In this document: positions 37,013-48,544 of the stretch, one piece after another
Position numbering within the stretch: position 1 is the stretch's first letter
How the letters are laid out: each line of letters begins with the position of its first letter
From: Octopus sinensis
Lineage: Eukaryota
Length of the DNA: 64,000 bases
Direction: 5' to 3'
Assembly (NCBI RefSeq): GCF_006345805.1
Contig: NC_042999.1
Span: 41,106,001-41,170,000 of the forward strand
The notes under the pieces: model-generated
The model's database searches: none
What the model saw: the letters and a program-made list of their open reading frames with translations, nothing else
Told to the model about the DNA's origin: nothing
Position numbers and translations under genes: made by a program

Positions 37013-39280
37013 GATTTTATTATTACCCACAAGGGGCGAACATAGATGGGACAATACAATCTGGGTCAGACAAACGAATGGGTTTTTACAATAAATCGGA
37101 TTTAAAAATTTTCATGAATTACAATAAATGGACAGAAATCGAATGATGGGACAGACCGGAAGACATTACGGGTGGAGTGGGTGCGGGTTTAGCTCGGACC
37201 CCACGAGCCCCGCCTCCCCACTGATACTTTTGGTTGCGCTTGGTATTACATTTATGTTGTATCTTTCACTCGCAACTTTCGTGCTACATCCTTCCATCGT
37301 TCTTCATACACTCTCCTAGTCAGGCATATTCTCTCCAGCCCTATCTTCCTTTTCAGGTGAAAGATGAAATAATTCATCAAACCAGGGCCGGAGATGAACT
37401 TGCCTGACTGTAAACCTTTCATTCTCGTCTTCCATATCACCTCTTTCGCAATTGCTACTACAACGAGAAAACGAAACTTACCTTCATTCACGAGGAAATC
37501 CGGTGGGTCAATTTTTGTAATCGACTCAGTCGACAGCTGTACTCTTCGTGTACCTGACAACAGGTGTTCGGCATAAACCCACACCTCAGACACGTCCGGA
37601 CAATGAACAATAGCGTGCGGGACGGTTTCCCTATCCCGCCCGCATCTTGGACATATCGGACTGTCTTGGCCACCGTGCCTTGCGAGTTTATCCCGAACAG
37701 GTAGAGCTCCTCTGTAGCATTGCCATGCCAGAGACTTCTGGAAGTTGTCCAGTGTCCTCGGCTCGAACGTACGTCGGAACAGACTGGCCAGCTGATTATC
37801 GTCGAGACCTAGGGTTTCCCCCAAGGTATCTTCACATTCCGCCTCTACCAACCCTCTATAGAGGAATGTGGTGGAACCCCCACCGCAGGCGTTGCCCGAG
37901 CGACGGAATAGCAGGAGAGCCTTGCGACACTCCGTGTACCAAGTACCAAGTATCGATCTACGATCCAGCCAGGTTTCCCATCCACCGAAACTAGTGAACT
38001 TGGGAAACATCAGTTTTGCTAGCGAAGACCACACCCGTTCACCATCCAGGTAGAGCCACAGATGTCTTAACCTCAGCGCATGTCTGCGCATCATCAGCCA
38101 AGGCATCCCTAGCCCACCCTTTAACGGTTGTTGACAGCAAGTAGAGCGTTTCACAAGTGGTTTCCCGCCCTTCCACAAGAAGTAGAAGAGCTGTCTTTCC
38201 AACTTGATCAACCACGAGTCAGGGCAAGGAACGACGGAAAGGCGGTAGGTGATAACCGATGCGATAAACACATTGGCCACCTCCGCCCTCCCTTTCAGGG
38301 ATAGCCACCGCCAAGACCAGGTCTTGGCTACTGCAGCCACCTTGCTCGTTACCTCGCCCCAATTCTTCTCTATTTGGAGGTCTGGACCGAACCAGACCCC
38401 TAGCAGTTTAATCGGACCCTCCGTCCAACGTCCCACGACGCTGTCAGGAGGCATCGACTTGCCTCTCCAGGTGCCGAGTTGCAAGCCGACTGACTTTTCG
38501 CGATTAACTTTTGCTCTTGTCACCGTCTCGTAAACCTCTATGGCCTTGCCTACTTTACATAGGTGGTCCATTTCGGTTACGATGATGGTGATGTCATCCG
38601 CGTACGCTGACACTGATTTTCCATTACCTGGCTGTCTCGGGATGCCGCTCAGTTTTCGCAGTAATGGCTCAAGAGCCATCACGTACAAAAGCGGGGAGAG
38701 CGGACACCCTTGACGAACCGAGCGTTTGATTTTGAACGGCTTCGACAAGAAGCCGTTCACCCGAACTACCGAGTCGATGTTATCATAAATTTGGATAATC
38801 CACCTGAGGAAGCCAAGGCTCAGCCCGAACTGTGCCAGGGCAGATACCAGGTAACGATGGTCGACCCTATCAAAAGCTTTAGATTGGTCTAAATGGACCA
38901 GTGCCCCGCCCTTGCCAGAATCACTATTAAACCCCTCTATAGTGTACCGCATTAGATGGAGATTATCCTGAATGGATCTGCCCGGAACGGCACATGTCTG
39001 TGCCTCTCCGATCAGACCATCCGCGACACGCGCCAATCTTTTCGATAACACTTTGGCCAAAATCTTCAACTCTGTGTTTAGCAGAGTGATGGGCCTGAAA
39101 TTATCAATGCACTTCCCCTTGCTCGGGTCCTTTCTGACGAGAGTCACTACTCCCCGGCGCACAGATCTGGGTATAAGCCCGTTCTGCTGCCAGTTCGCAT
39201 AGACCTCCGCCAGTAGGTGCCCGAACAAGTCTGGCATACTCTTATATAACTCATAGGGTAGACCATCCAAACCCGGCGCC
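37013..39280 (-). mobile_element. Young 5'-truncated L1/Tx1-type LINE with 17-bp TSD
   Basis: tcagcaagtaaacgtgt occurs at 36996-37012 and 39281-39297. Sharp rise in GC and an intact ORF between the two copies. Confidence 0.95.
37252..39270 (-). CDS. LINE ORF2 C-terminal part: reverse transcriptase plus zf-RVT-like Cys/His motif
   Basis: 672 codons without a stop: (APGL)DGLPYE, NFRPITLLN..LKILAKVL, LDQSKAFDRVDH, VRQGCPLSPLL, AYADD, CPRCGRDRETVPHAIVHC. The endonuclease is lost to 5' truncation; the ORF start is not a real initiation codon. Confidence 0.93.
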   Translation of the reverse strand: MDGLPYELYKSMPDLFGHLLAEVYANWQQNGLIPRSVRRGVVTLVRKDPSKGKCIDNFRPITLLNTELKILAKVLSKRLARVADGLIGEAQTCAVPGRSIQDNLHLMRYTIEGFNSDSGKGGALVHLDQSKAFDRVDHRYLVSALAQFGLSLGFLRWIIQIYDNIDSVVRVNGFLSKPFKIKRSVRQGCPLSPLLYVMALEPLLRKLSGIPRQPGNGKSVSAYADDITIIVTEMDHLCKVGKAIEVYETVTRAKVNREKSVGLQLGTWRGKSMPPDSVVGRWTEGPIKLLGVWFGPDLQIEKNWGEVTSKVAAVAKTWSWRWLSLKGRAEVANVFIASVITYRLSVVPCPDSWLIKLERQLFYFLWKGGKPLVKRSTCCQQPLKGGLGMPWLMMRRHALRLRHLWLYLDGERVWSSLAKLMFPKFTSFGGWETWLDRRSILGTWYTECRKALLLFRRSGNACGGGSTTFLYRGLVEAECEDTLGETLGLDDNQLASLFRRTFEPRTLDNFQKSLAWQCYRGALPVRDKLARHGGQDSPICPRCGRDRETVPHAIVHCPDVSEVWVYAEHLLSGTRRVQLSTESITKIDPPDFLVNEGKFRFLVVVAIAKEVIWKTRMKGLQSGKFISGPGLMNYFIFHLKRKIGLERICLTRRVYEERWKDVARKLRVKDTT

Positions 39281-39940
39281 TCAGCAAGTAAACGTGTATT
39301 AAATAAAAACTTCCCTGTAATCTATTTTTAATTTTCTGGCATTAGTACTTTTTTGTGCGTTTTCCTAGATCTTGCATGGAATGAAGTAGTATATATCGAG
39401 ATGCACGTGTTGGGTAGATTTTTGTAGCAATTTACAATAAAAACGAGAGGAAGATTGAAATATTTTGTTGAGTCAAGTTTTGTTCGTGAGGTTGTACAAA
39501 TGTTATGAATTATTCAATCAACAAGCCATTTTGAATAACGGAAAAGTTATGAAATTATGAGAAAAAAATGCTTCTATGCAGATTAAGTTTAGTTATTAAT
39601 GTAGTGCATAGGAAATATTTTAGGGTAAGAAAGAACTTTCTAGTAAAAAAGACAAATATAGTGGTTAAATTACCATATAGTTTTAAATTTAATTAGCGTT
39701 ACCGAATTATCTTGGGAATAATTTCAAGAAAACACAGGGATAGAGTTGACCTAAATTTACAAGTAAATAACTTGCTTCTGATTGTTCAGTTAGATAGTGG
39801 TTAGCGGTTGGAAAGGACTTGTATGATAATTGGTATTTCACCTCTATATTATATTGGAAGTTAATATTAATAATTAATTATTAAATATAGTAATCCCAAA
39901 TGCATAAAACATAGTATACTGAACAAGTCACTTCAATCTA

Positions 39941-40310
39941 CAGAGGCGTGGCTGTGTGATAAGAAGCTTGCTTCCCAGCGATACTGTTCCAGGTTCGGTC
40001 GCACTGCGTGATAAGTATTTTCAATAGCCGCGAGCCGACCGAAACCTTGTGAGTGGATTTGGCAGACGGAAACTGAAAGAAGCCTGTCGTATATATATAT
40101 ACACATATGTGTATATATCGTGTGTTTCTCTGTCCTACATCAACGCTTTTTCAACCGGTGTTGGTATAACCTAGTGGTTCAGCTAGAGACAGATTAAATA
40201 AGTACTAAGCTTAAAAAATAAGTCGTGGGGTCAATTTCTTCGACACAAACCTTCAAGGCGGTGCTCCAGCATGACTATGGTTAGATGACTGAAACAAATA
40301 AAAGAATAAG
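39941..40310 (+). mobile_element. SINE family A, diverged full length
   Basis: aggcgtggctgtgtgataagaagcttgcttccc...aaggcggtgctccagcatg...gaaacaaataaaagaataag. Confidence 0.88.
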
Positions 40311-41149
40311 GATTAAATTTAAGTTACACTTAGACAAACCTTCTTTTCAGATAGCAATCCGAGATAAAAACAATACAAGTAATTGAGATCATTTCAAGAA
40401 TTTAAGAATTAGATCGAAATAGGTGTGTAATTTTTTCCTTCTTTTCAAACAAACGGAAGATTTTTGTTGCCCAAAGAATGTAAATCATCTTTGAATGATA
40501 AAGTTGTAAGTTGTAAAAAGGATTGCCCCGCACAATCAATTAGTGCTAGGGTTTCGTTTTATTCCTTCTTGCAACAGGAAAATATCAGGTTAATAATTTT
40601 TTCCTTTCACTACATTCATTACAAGACACCTTAAATTATTTATCAAAATTCATTCAAATTAATCCAGTTAATTCCCTAAGTCCATTTCAGTTTTTAATTA
40701 CCTGTTACTTAGATCAGCAGGAATCATGTTTTTCGGACGTAGCGGTTCAAGGGTCTTGCCACATTGGTCTCATTACTAGAGTAACAGAATCACTAGACTG
40801 CCAGGCTATATACGCTGCAATTTTTAATTGTATTTATGTACATCGTATTGATTTCATTTTAATTCCATTTTCATTTTCATCCCAATAGACACACGCAAAT
40901 ACACAACAACCTCTTTTCTATTTTACATTCAATACTCTATATATTTCTCCACCAATTTTACATTCTTAATCTGATTTGAGAAACCCCTATTATTTGCTCA
41001 CTATTTTTTCCATCAATGCACATATATCCAACTTGTAGAAATCATAACAGTGTCACCCAACGCAATTTTAATCAAACACTTACACACATACACGTGCTGC
41101 AAAATGTATAATCACATATGTAGGGTTCAGACGCGCACGCGAGCGCACT

Positions 41150-41343
41150 ACTCTATACTGTACTGATAGAAATACGAAAAAGATACGTACGTACAATTAG
41201 TACCTTTATATGCATTCATACATGCATATATATAAATATATATATACATATGTGTGTGTGTGTGCGTGCGTATACATGTATATATGTATATAAGCATATA
41301 TATATACATATATATATGATATATATATGTATACATATATATG

Positions 41344-41379
<36 letters not shown>

Positions 41380-41502
41380 CGCACACACAGTTTATATATA
41401 TATGTATACGTGCATGTATTTGTATATATGCATATATTTATATATATATATTATATGATCGAACGCCACGTATCCTTTTCTAAGTAAGTTTTATCTATCT
41501 AT

Positions 41503-41578
<76 letters not shown>

Positions 41579-42170
41579 GTTAGTAATATATGTGTATAAA
41601 GATTGAATGTGTATTCGTCCTTTAATTGGAGGTTTCCAAAAAAGATTTCTAATGTTGATTCTTCATATAATTTGATGGGAGTTTACAGGCATAAATTTGC
41701 GAAACACGAAAGTAGTACCTTTAAGTTAGGTATGGAGACTTTCTGGAATGAAGTTCCATAAATACCATCGATTTTGTTAAGAATGGAGGAATCAAGTTGT
41801 TATTTATGAGAAGTTTAATTCTTGCAGACGATCGTTTCGTACAGAGATGTAATAATATAAATCAATGACTGAATAAAATAAAATAAATATAAACTTACTC
41901 TTTAGTGCAGGAAGGAAAGAAACCATAATACAAATAACTTTAAAAGGAGTCAAACAGTCATATTGGTATCCGTGAGAGAGAGAGAGAGAGAGAGATGGGA
42001 GGGAGTCTTGTCGGTTATTGAAGCATAACGTGTGTGTGTGTGTGTATGTGTGTGTATATGTGTGTGTGTGTATATATGTGTGTGTGTGTGTATACGTGTG
42101 TGTCTGTGTGTATACGTGTGTGTGTGTGTATACGTGTGTGTGTGTGTGTATACGTATGTATGCATATATG

Positions 42171-42209
<39 letters not shown>

Positions 42210-42295
42210 CCATACACACACATACATATATGTGTGTATTTATATGTATATATATATATATACACATATGCATATGTGTTTGTGTGTGTGTTTAA
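41150..42295. repeat. Microsatellite-rich block: (TA)n, (TG)n, (CT)n, (GA)n
   Basis: Read directly; explains the low-complexity ORFs here. Confidence 0.9.
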
Positions 42296-43420
42296 TTATA
42301 TGATCTTCACAATTCACATGCGCATTTTTTTTCTTAATGAACCGACACTTTAATTTTTGTCAAAAGTCATGAATAAGAATGTTTCAACGAGGAGGCTTTG
42401 TTTCATTATTGCTATAAGGACCAGCTAAGTGTCTGTTGTATTTCTTCAAGAGATATCAATCGAGCTCGGCAGATATTTGAAACTGGCTACATTCCAAAAA
42501 TTTGTCCATCCAATCGTTTTCTTGTTCATGATTCCGACTTGATTCAGTTACTGATAGCCTACAAGCCAACATGACAACGAAACGAAGATAACATGAATCG
42601 TGCTACGCCTACGAACATATATTTTCCTCCTCTGTTAATCAGTCATTTTCTCTTTAATTTCCCTTTACATGGCTTTCTTCCATTATTACTTTTGTTTTTC
42701 TTAATGCCACTGTATGTTTTTATTTATTCGTCTGAAACTCCGATCTGTCCTTTCTCTTTATTTCCATTCCAGACAGACATTTCAGACCTCACACTGGCAC
42801 TAAACACTTATTTCGTAACAGTGTGCGCACAAAAACACACACACACAAACACACACACACAATCACACACACACACGCACAAACACACACACACAAACAC
42901 ACACACACAAACACACACAAACACAAACACACACAAACACACACACACATGCGCGCACTTATCTAAGCTGACGCGCATATAATGCAAGCAATACACTACC
43001 CGTACAATGGCTTAGATATAGACACAGCTACATAAATATAAGTAGGAAATTTAAATTATACAGCATTACATGCTCTGACATACACAAATACGCAAACATA
43101 CTTACTCGTACATACACAAGCAGATATGACCTCAATCATACAGAGATTGAGAGACAAAATCTTTCCATACGAAACCATGTTATGAGTGAAACAACATCTT
43201 GAATAAATCATACAATAATTAAATGCACACGTTGCCATAGGTAGGCGTATATAATATATATTCGACGCGATATTCTGATACATAATGTAAAATTAACGAT
43301 TAATTGGAGACGTAAAATATACATAGAAAACATGCCCAGAAAAAAACCGCAGTCAAAGAGTTTAGTTAACAAGGAAATATACTGAGGAAAATTAACTAAT
43401 ACACATATATAAGACAGAGA

Positions 43421-43462
<42 letters not shown>

Positions 43463-45701
43463 ATATATATATACTATCATAGAGAATTACATTTTAACGG
43501 GTAAACTTAAGCATGCATACACATATATCCTCTGTCTTGTACACATATACTCGGACACTCACATACGCATACAACTATATTACATACACTGGCACATGCA
43601 AAGATACACATACAAATATACACACAATTACTCTGTTGCTCTGTTGCTCTTGTTCAGTCCCACCTCCAGTCTGACTGACATCAATACTTTCCTACATTAT
43701 GTACGTTTTTCTGTAGCCGTAAGCATACAAGACAACTGTCTACATACATTTATTTTAATTTAAATTTATACATTAAAGCCATTTACATTTACTAACACTA
43801 CAAAATCAGTTCAATTCGTAAACACTAAAGATAAACACATATGTTTCCAACATATCCCGGCGTGTATAGAAATACTCTGTCTTTACACAATGTACAGAAG
43901 CGTATCTAAATGTACGTGTTTGTTTCTATCAGCGTACAAACGCAGATGCGCGCGCTAACATACATACCTATATACATAAGGACGTACGTACACACCGGAG
44001 GCAGACGGGTATCGTCACTACAGTGACTCGCGAGAACGACAACAGATTCGTTTCGACTTTCGTGTTGCTTGTGAAATCCGTGCAACCGATTGTCACCTAC
44101 TAATTCGTGTCAAATTATATAGTAAACAGTATATAAACTATTCATCGATACTGCCGAAGTTTGCCGAGCTATATATAGCATAACAAAAAGAGAGCGTTAA
44201 ATTAAAATCGCCATCTGTGTATCATATTAAATGTATCACGCCGTTAGAGGATATGATGCTATGAAATTGCATGAGATAAGAAATTTCCTGATAATCATGG
44301 GTGAAAAACATAAACAATTTGTGTCAGGGTGAAACAACGAAAGTCCGATGAGTGTGTTTGTGTGTGTAGATAGTGTTTTTAACGCATACCTATGAAGATA
44401 TTTTATCTCAGATAATTACTTGTTATGCATTCTAACGGTGTTTACGCATTTAGTATGATACACAGAGGGCAATTTTAATTTAAGGATGTTTCCCTAGCGT
44501 ACGCTGAGTTTTACTTTGCATACTATGTACGAATAAGACAACTAAGTAGAACAAAATTTTATTCGGTTCACTATATTCCCAATGATATTTAGTTTCATCT
44601 CGGGTTTTCAGACTTGAATATTACCAGAAAGATTTTCGGTTAAAACATAAGAAACAGGATTTTCTCTGAATCTCAATAAGCTAAGTTATAATTTAACAAT
44701 TGAAATTCGTTTTGAAGGCTCATCATTTCTTGGTTTTAGAGACATTAGCGATGTTTGGCGGTGTTAGGTGCTTGTATATTTGATACAAGAACTGAGTATG
44801 TGTGGTTATGTGACACTGGGGCAGGTAGCACGCGGATATTTAGCCAGGGGATAGAAGAAGATAACTGCTCAATGAGAAGGAAAGAAGAGCGAGTATTATA
44901 GCTCGCATGGATTATGGCAGATAACTGATGAAATATGTATATTATTTATACGCCTCTCTCTCATTTTATTTTTCCAATTGCTTTCGAAAAAGTGTTTATT
45001 CTAGTATAGCTAGTGTGGTCGTTAAAATTCCTAACTGGGAAGCGATGACAACTTTCTATCTAAGAATCTAACTGTGAGAGGAGTTAGCATCAAATGAAAT
45101 TTTAAAGTATAATATACACATAAGCAGAAATTCATGTACACACAGATGTGCGCTCAAAACACACACACACACACATACACACACATACATATACACACAC
45201 ATACACGTATAGTATGATAAAGTAGAAGCTATATAATATAATTAACTGGAAGCTGATGACATTTAAGTATCTTAGTGTCGTCTATCAACAAAATAAGAAA
45301 TCGTAAACATGTGGTTATTAGTGCACGAACGCACGAACGCCTGTTCACACGAATACATCCACCCATCAAGACACGTTTATATGTGTAGTATACGGGGGAA
45401 ACGATATAAATAAGAAAACAAACTTTGTCAGCATTTGCCTAAACAAATATGAATTGTGAGAGAAAATTTTCTCCTTGTCATGATTTCTAGCGAAACGTTT
45501 AGTGTCTAAAACACAAGTAAATACGTTAGGATATATAATGATGAAATTTGATACCGTAGTGAAACGAAAGTGTCATCACTATTCCGCTGTTATACTTAAA
45601 CAAGCTTTAAAATTATAGATGCTCAGATGAATCTATAAAGTGCTATTCAAGCATTCGATTACGAGTGCATGGCATCTTACAAGAGAAACAGCTGTAACCT
45701 A

Positions 45702-45932
45702 TTTCGTTACTACCCACAAGGGGCTAAACACAGAGGAGACAAACAAGGACCGACAGGCGGATTAAGTCGATTATATCGACCGCAGTGCGTAGCTGGTACT
45801 TAATTTATCGACCCCGAAAGGATGAAAGGCAAAGTCGACCTCGGCGGAATTTGAACTCAGAACGTAACGGCAGAAGAAATACGGCTACGCATTTTGGCCG
45901 GCGTGCTAACGTTTCTGCCATCTCGCCGCCTT
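45702..45932 (-). mobile_element. SINE family B (B1 tail), full length, 16-bp TSD
   Basis: aaacagctgtaaccta at 45686-45701 and 45933-45948. Confidence 0.95.
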
Positions 45933-46316
45933 AAACAGCTGTAACCTAATGAAGTCCATAACATTATTTTTTGTTCCTTTGTGCCTTCTTATATATTTTA
46001 TGGATCAAGAAAACATCACAACATCTCTGACACTGAAATGTGAGAAGTACACAGGGCGTTCAGAATCGCTTCAAATGCTCCACTGTTGCCTTTGTATTTC
46101 TCTTTTTCACATACTAGGACTCAACTACATAGGCAGAAGTACATCTGTCTGCATTTGTGTTTTTATTTATTTCTGGGTCCCGAAACTACTGTTCCGTAAT
46201 CCATATTTCGCACATTCGGGATAATCTTGTCGAGTCCTTCATACGGCTGCTATTTGAACGGTTTTTAGAAAATCCTGCCATAGTATTTTAAAGCATAGCT
46301 ATATGAGGTTCTAGCA

Positions 46317-46618
46317 GCACATGGCCTAGTGGTTAGAGCAGCGCACTCGCGGTCGAGGGATCGCAGGTTCGAATCTCAGGCAGGGCGGTATGTGTGTTTA
46401 TGAGCGAAACAACTAAGCTCCACGCGGCTCCGGCAGATGGTAATGGCGAACTTCTGCTGACTCTTTCGCCACAACTTTCTTTCACTCTTTCCTAATGCAT
46501 CTTGCAGCTCACCTGCGACGGACCGGCGTCCCGTCCAGGTGGGGAACCTATACGCAAAGGAAACCGGGAAATCGCCCCTATGAGCCAGACATGGCTCGAG
46601 AAGGAACAAACAACAACA
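46317..46618 (+). mobile_element. tRNA-derived SINE with MetaSINE-like central domain and 16-bp TSD (one mismatch)
   Basis: A box tggcctagtgg, B box ggttcgaatc, cctgcgacggaccggcgtcccgtccagg...ggaaaccgggaaa, (AAC)n tail. atatga(g/a)gttctagca at 46301-46316 and 46619-46634. The superfamily label is from memory. Confidence 0.8.
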
Positions 46619-48157
46619 ATATGAAGTTCTAGCATTACTTCAGCTTCAGTTCGATCTTGAGTTAAAAATTCACTGTCCCCCAGTGATTTTTTTTTGTCTG
46701 AAAAAAAAAAAACTCAATAAATAAACAGGTCTAAAACTGATTGTTTTAATACATTTTCCCATCAGATTTATTTGTTTATGAGGATTATTTTAGTTGTTGC
46801 TTTTGTCATTACCTCTATTATTGATATTATGTATCAAATTCTTCGAAATGATTTGTTTTTGTACAAACTGATAATTTGAATACTCATTAAGTTTTGTTTA
46901 TGGGGCAGCTGTTCGTTTTACTGAGCAATTTGTTTTTGTGATGTCTTCTTGTTTTGTGCAATTTAGCATCATGTTTGTATTTCTTCTGGTTCTTCACGTT
47001 GTGAGCTCAAATCCCGTCGAAGCCACTCTTGCCTATTATAATTTCGGTGTCGATAAAATTTAGCACCAGTTATTGTTGCTTTCATTTTTTTTATCATCAA
47101 CCTTGCAGTTGTCTTTCAAGTCGTAATATAATTTATGAAATAATAATCATGTACATTTTTTTTCCTTCTCTACTAAAAGAAAATTATCCCAGATGTATCG
47201 TATCGACAGCAAAAGGAGTTTAGCTTCATTCTGAATTAGATTTTACGCACGACAACGTCACGTTTATGTTCATACTTTAGATTGCATCTGAAAAATGCTG
47301 CCGGAACTACTAGTTGCTCAGGGATGTCTCTCTTGCACAGTTAAAGATCAGTTGAACCCTAAAAATAAAACAGGATTACATGATTTCCGTCACAAGAAAG
47401 CAAGAAATACGAATCTAATTTAATGCCTAAATGCTTCATGCATATATATATATAACTTCCCAGGGTATGTCAGCATGTGTATGGGTTTGGTTTGGTTTTG
47501 TGAATGTCGATATTTACAACCTGGGGTGCAGCGACACACGCAAATATTATTCATCATTTTGTCTGTTATGTAATGATGACGGCATCGATTTTCCTTTTAA
47601 CAACTCCCAGACTGAAGAATGGTATTTACCAGTAATAATAAGAGAGTTGGATTGACGATTTCAAGGTTAATGCTAACGTCTGTGTTTGACAGGACGTAGA
47701 AAGAAAACGATTTGTATACAAGCCAAGATTCTAAAGCGTTTTCTCAACGTCGGCACCTAATCAATTTTTATTCTTATTCCTGGTCGATAATAGAAACCAT
47801 TGGTGACTACTTAAAATTGTTGTTATCCACAATAGAATATATGTGTCCTGTGGAAAAATAATCAAAAGATTCTATCGGTAGACGTATCACGACAGAAATA
47901 ATTATAACTTTTCAAAATCTTATTTTCCTTGAGTGCTTTGTCTGTACTACTAAGAACGAGCGTAGCTCTGTGCAGCGTCAGTAGTTTAATGATTTGTTTC
48001 CGTTTTGTATTTTATATTGTATTGGAAGTACTCGAACTTACATGCATGCAGTGCCTAGTAACGATATTTTCTCTGTGACGCATAGCTGGAGGCTTTCTGG
48101 ATGTGGTGATGCATTTGTCGCCAGACTTATTAATCACTTACGGCCACGATAATTATG

Positions 48158-48536
48158 TACTCTTTTACTCTTTTACTTCTTTCAGTCATGTGACTGTGGC
48201 CATGCTGGAGCACCGCCACTAGTCGAGCCAATCCACCCAAGGACTTATTCTTTGTAAGCCTAGTACTTATTCTATCGGTCTCTTTTGCCGAACCGCTATG
48301 TTACGATTGTCAAGTGATGTTGGGGGGACAAACACAAACACGCAAACATATACACACACATACATACATATATATATACATATATACGACGGGCTTCTTT
48401 CAGTTTCCGTCTACAAGACTGGTTGGCTCGAGGTTACAGTAGAAGACACTTTACCCAAGGTGTCACGCAGTGGGACTGAACCCGGTACCATGTGGTTCGT
48501 AAGCAAGCTACTTACCACACAGCCACTCCTACGCCT
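48158..48536 (-). mobile_element. SINE family A with internal deletions
   Basis: tactcttttacttctttcagtcatgtgactgtggccatgctggagcaccgcc...cttaccacacagccactcctacgcc. Confidence 0.9.
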
Positions 48537-48544
48537 ATAGATGT

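Noticed and set aside
46317-46395. tRNA gene (also the SINE A and B heads)
   Set aside because: A and B boxes are present, but no complete cloverleaf could be built, and the sequence continues into a SINE body with a tail and TSD.
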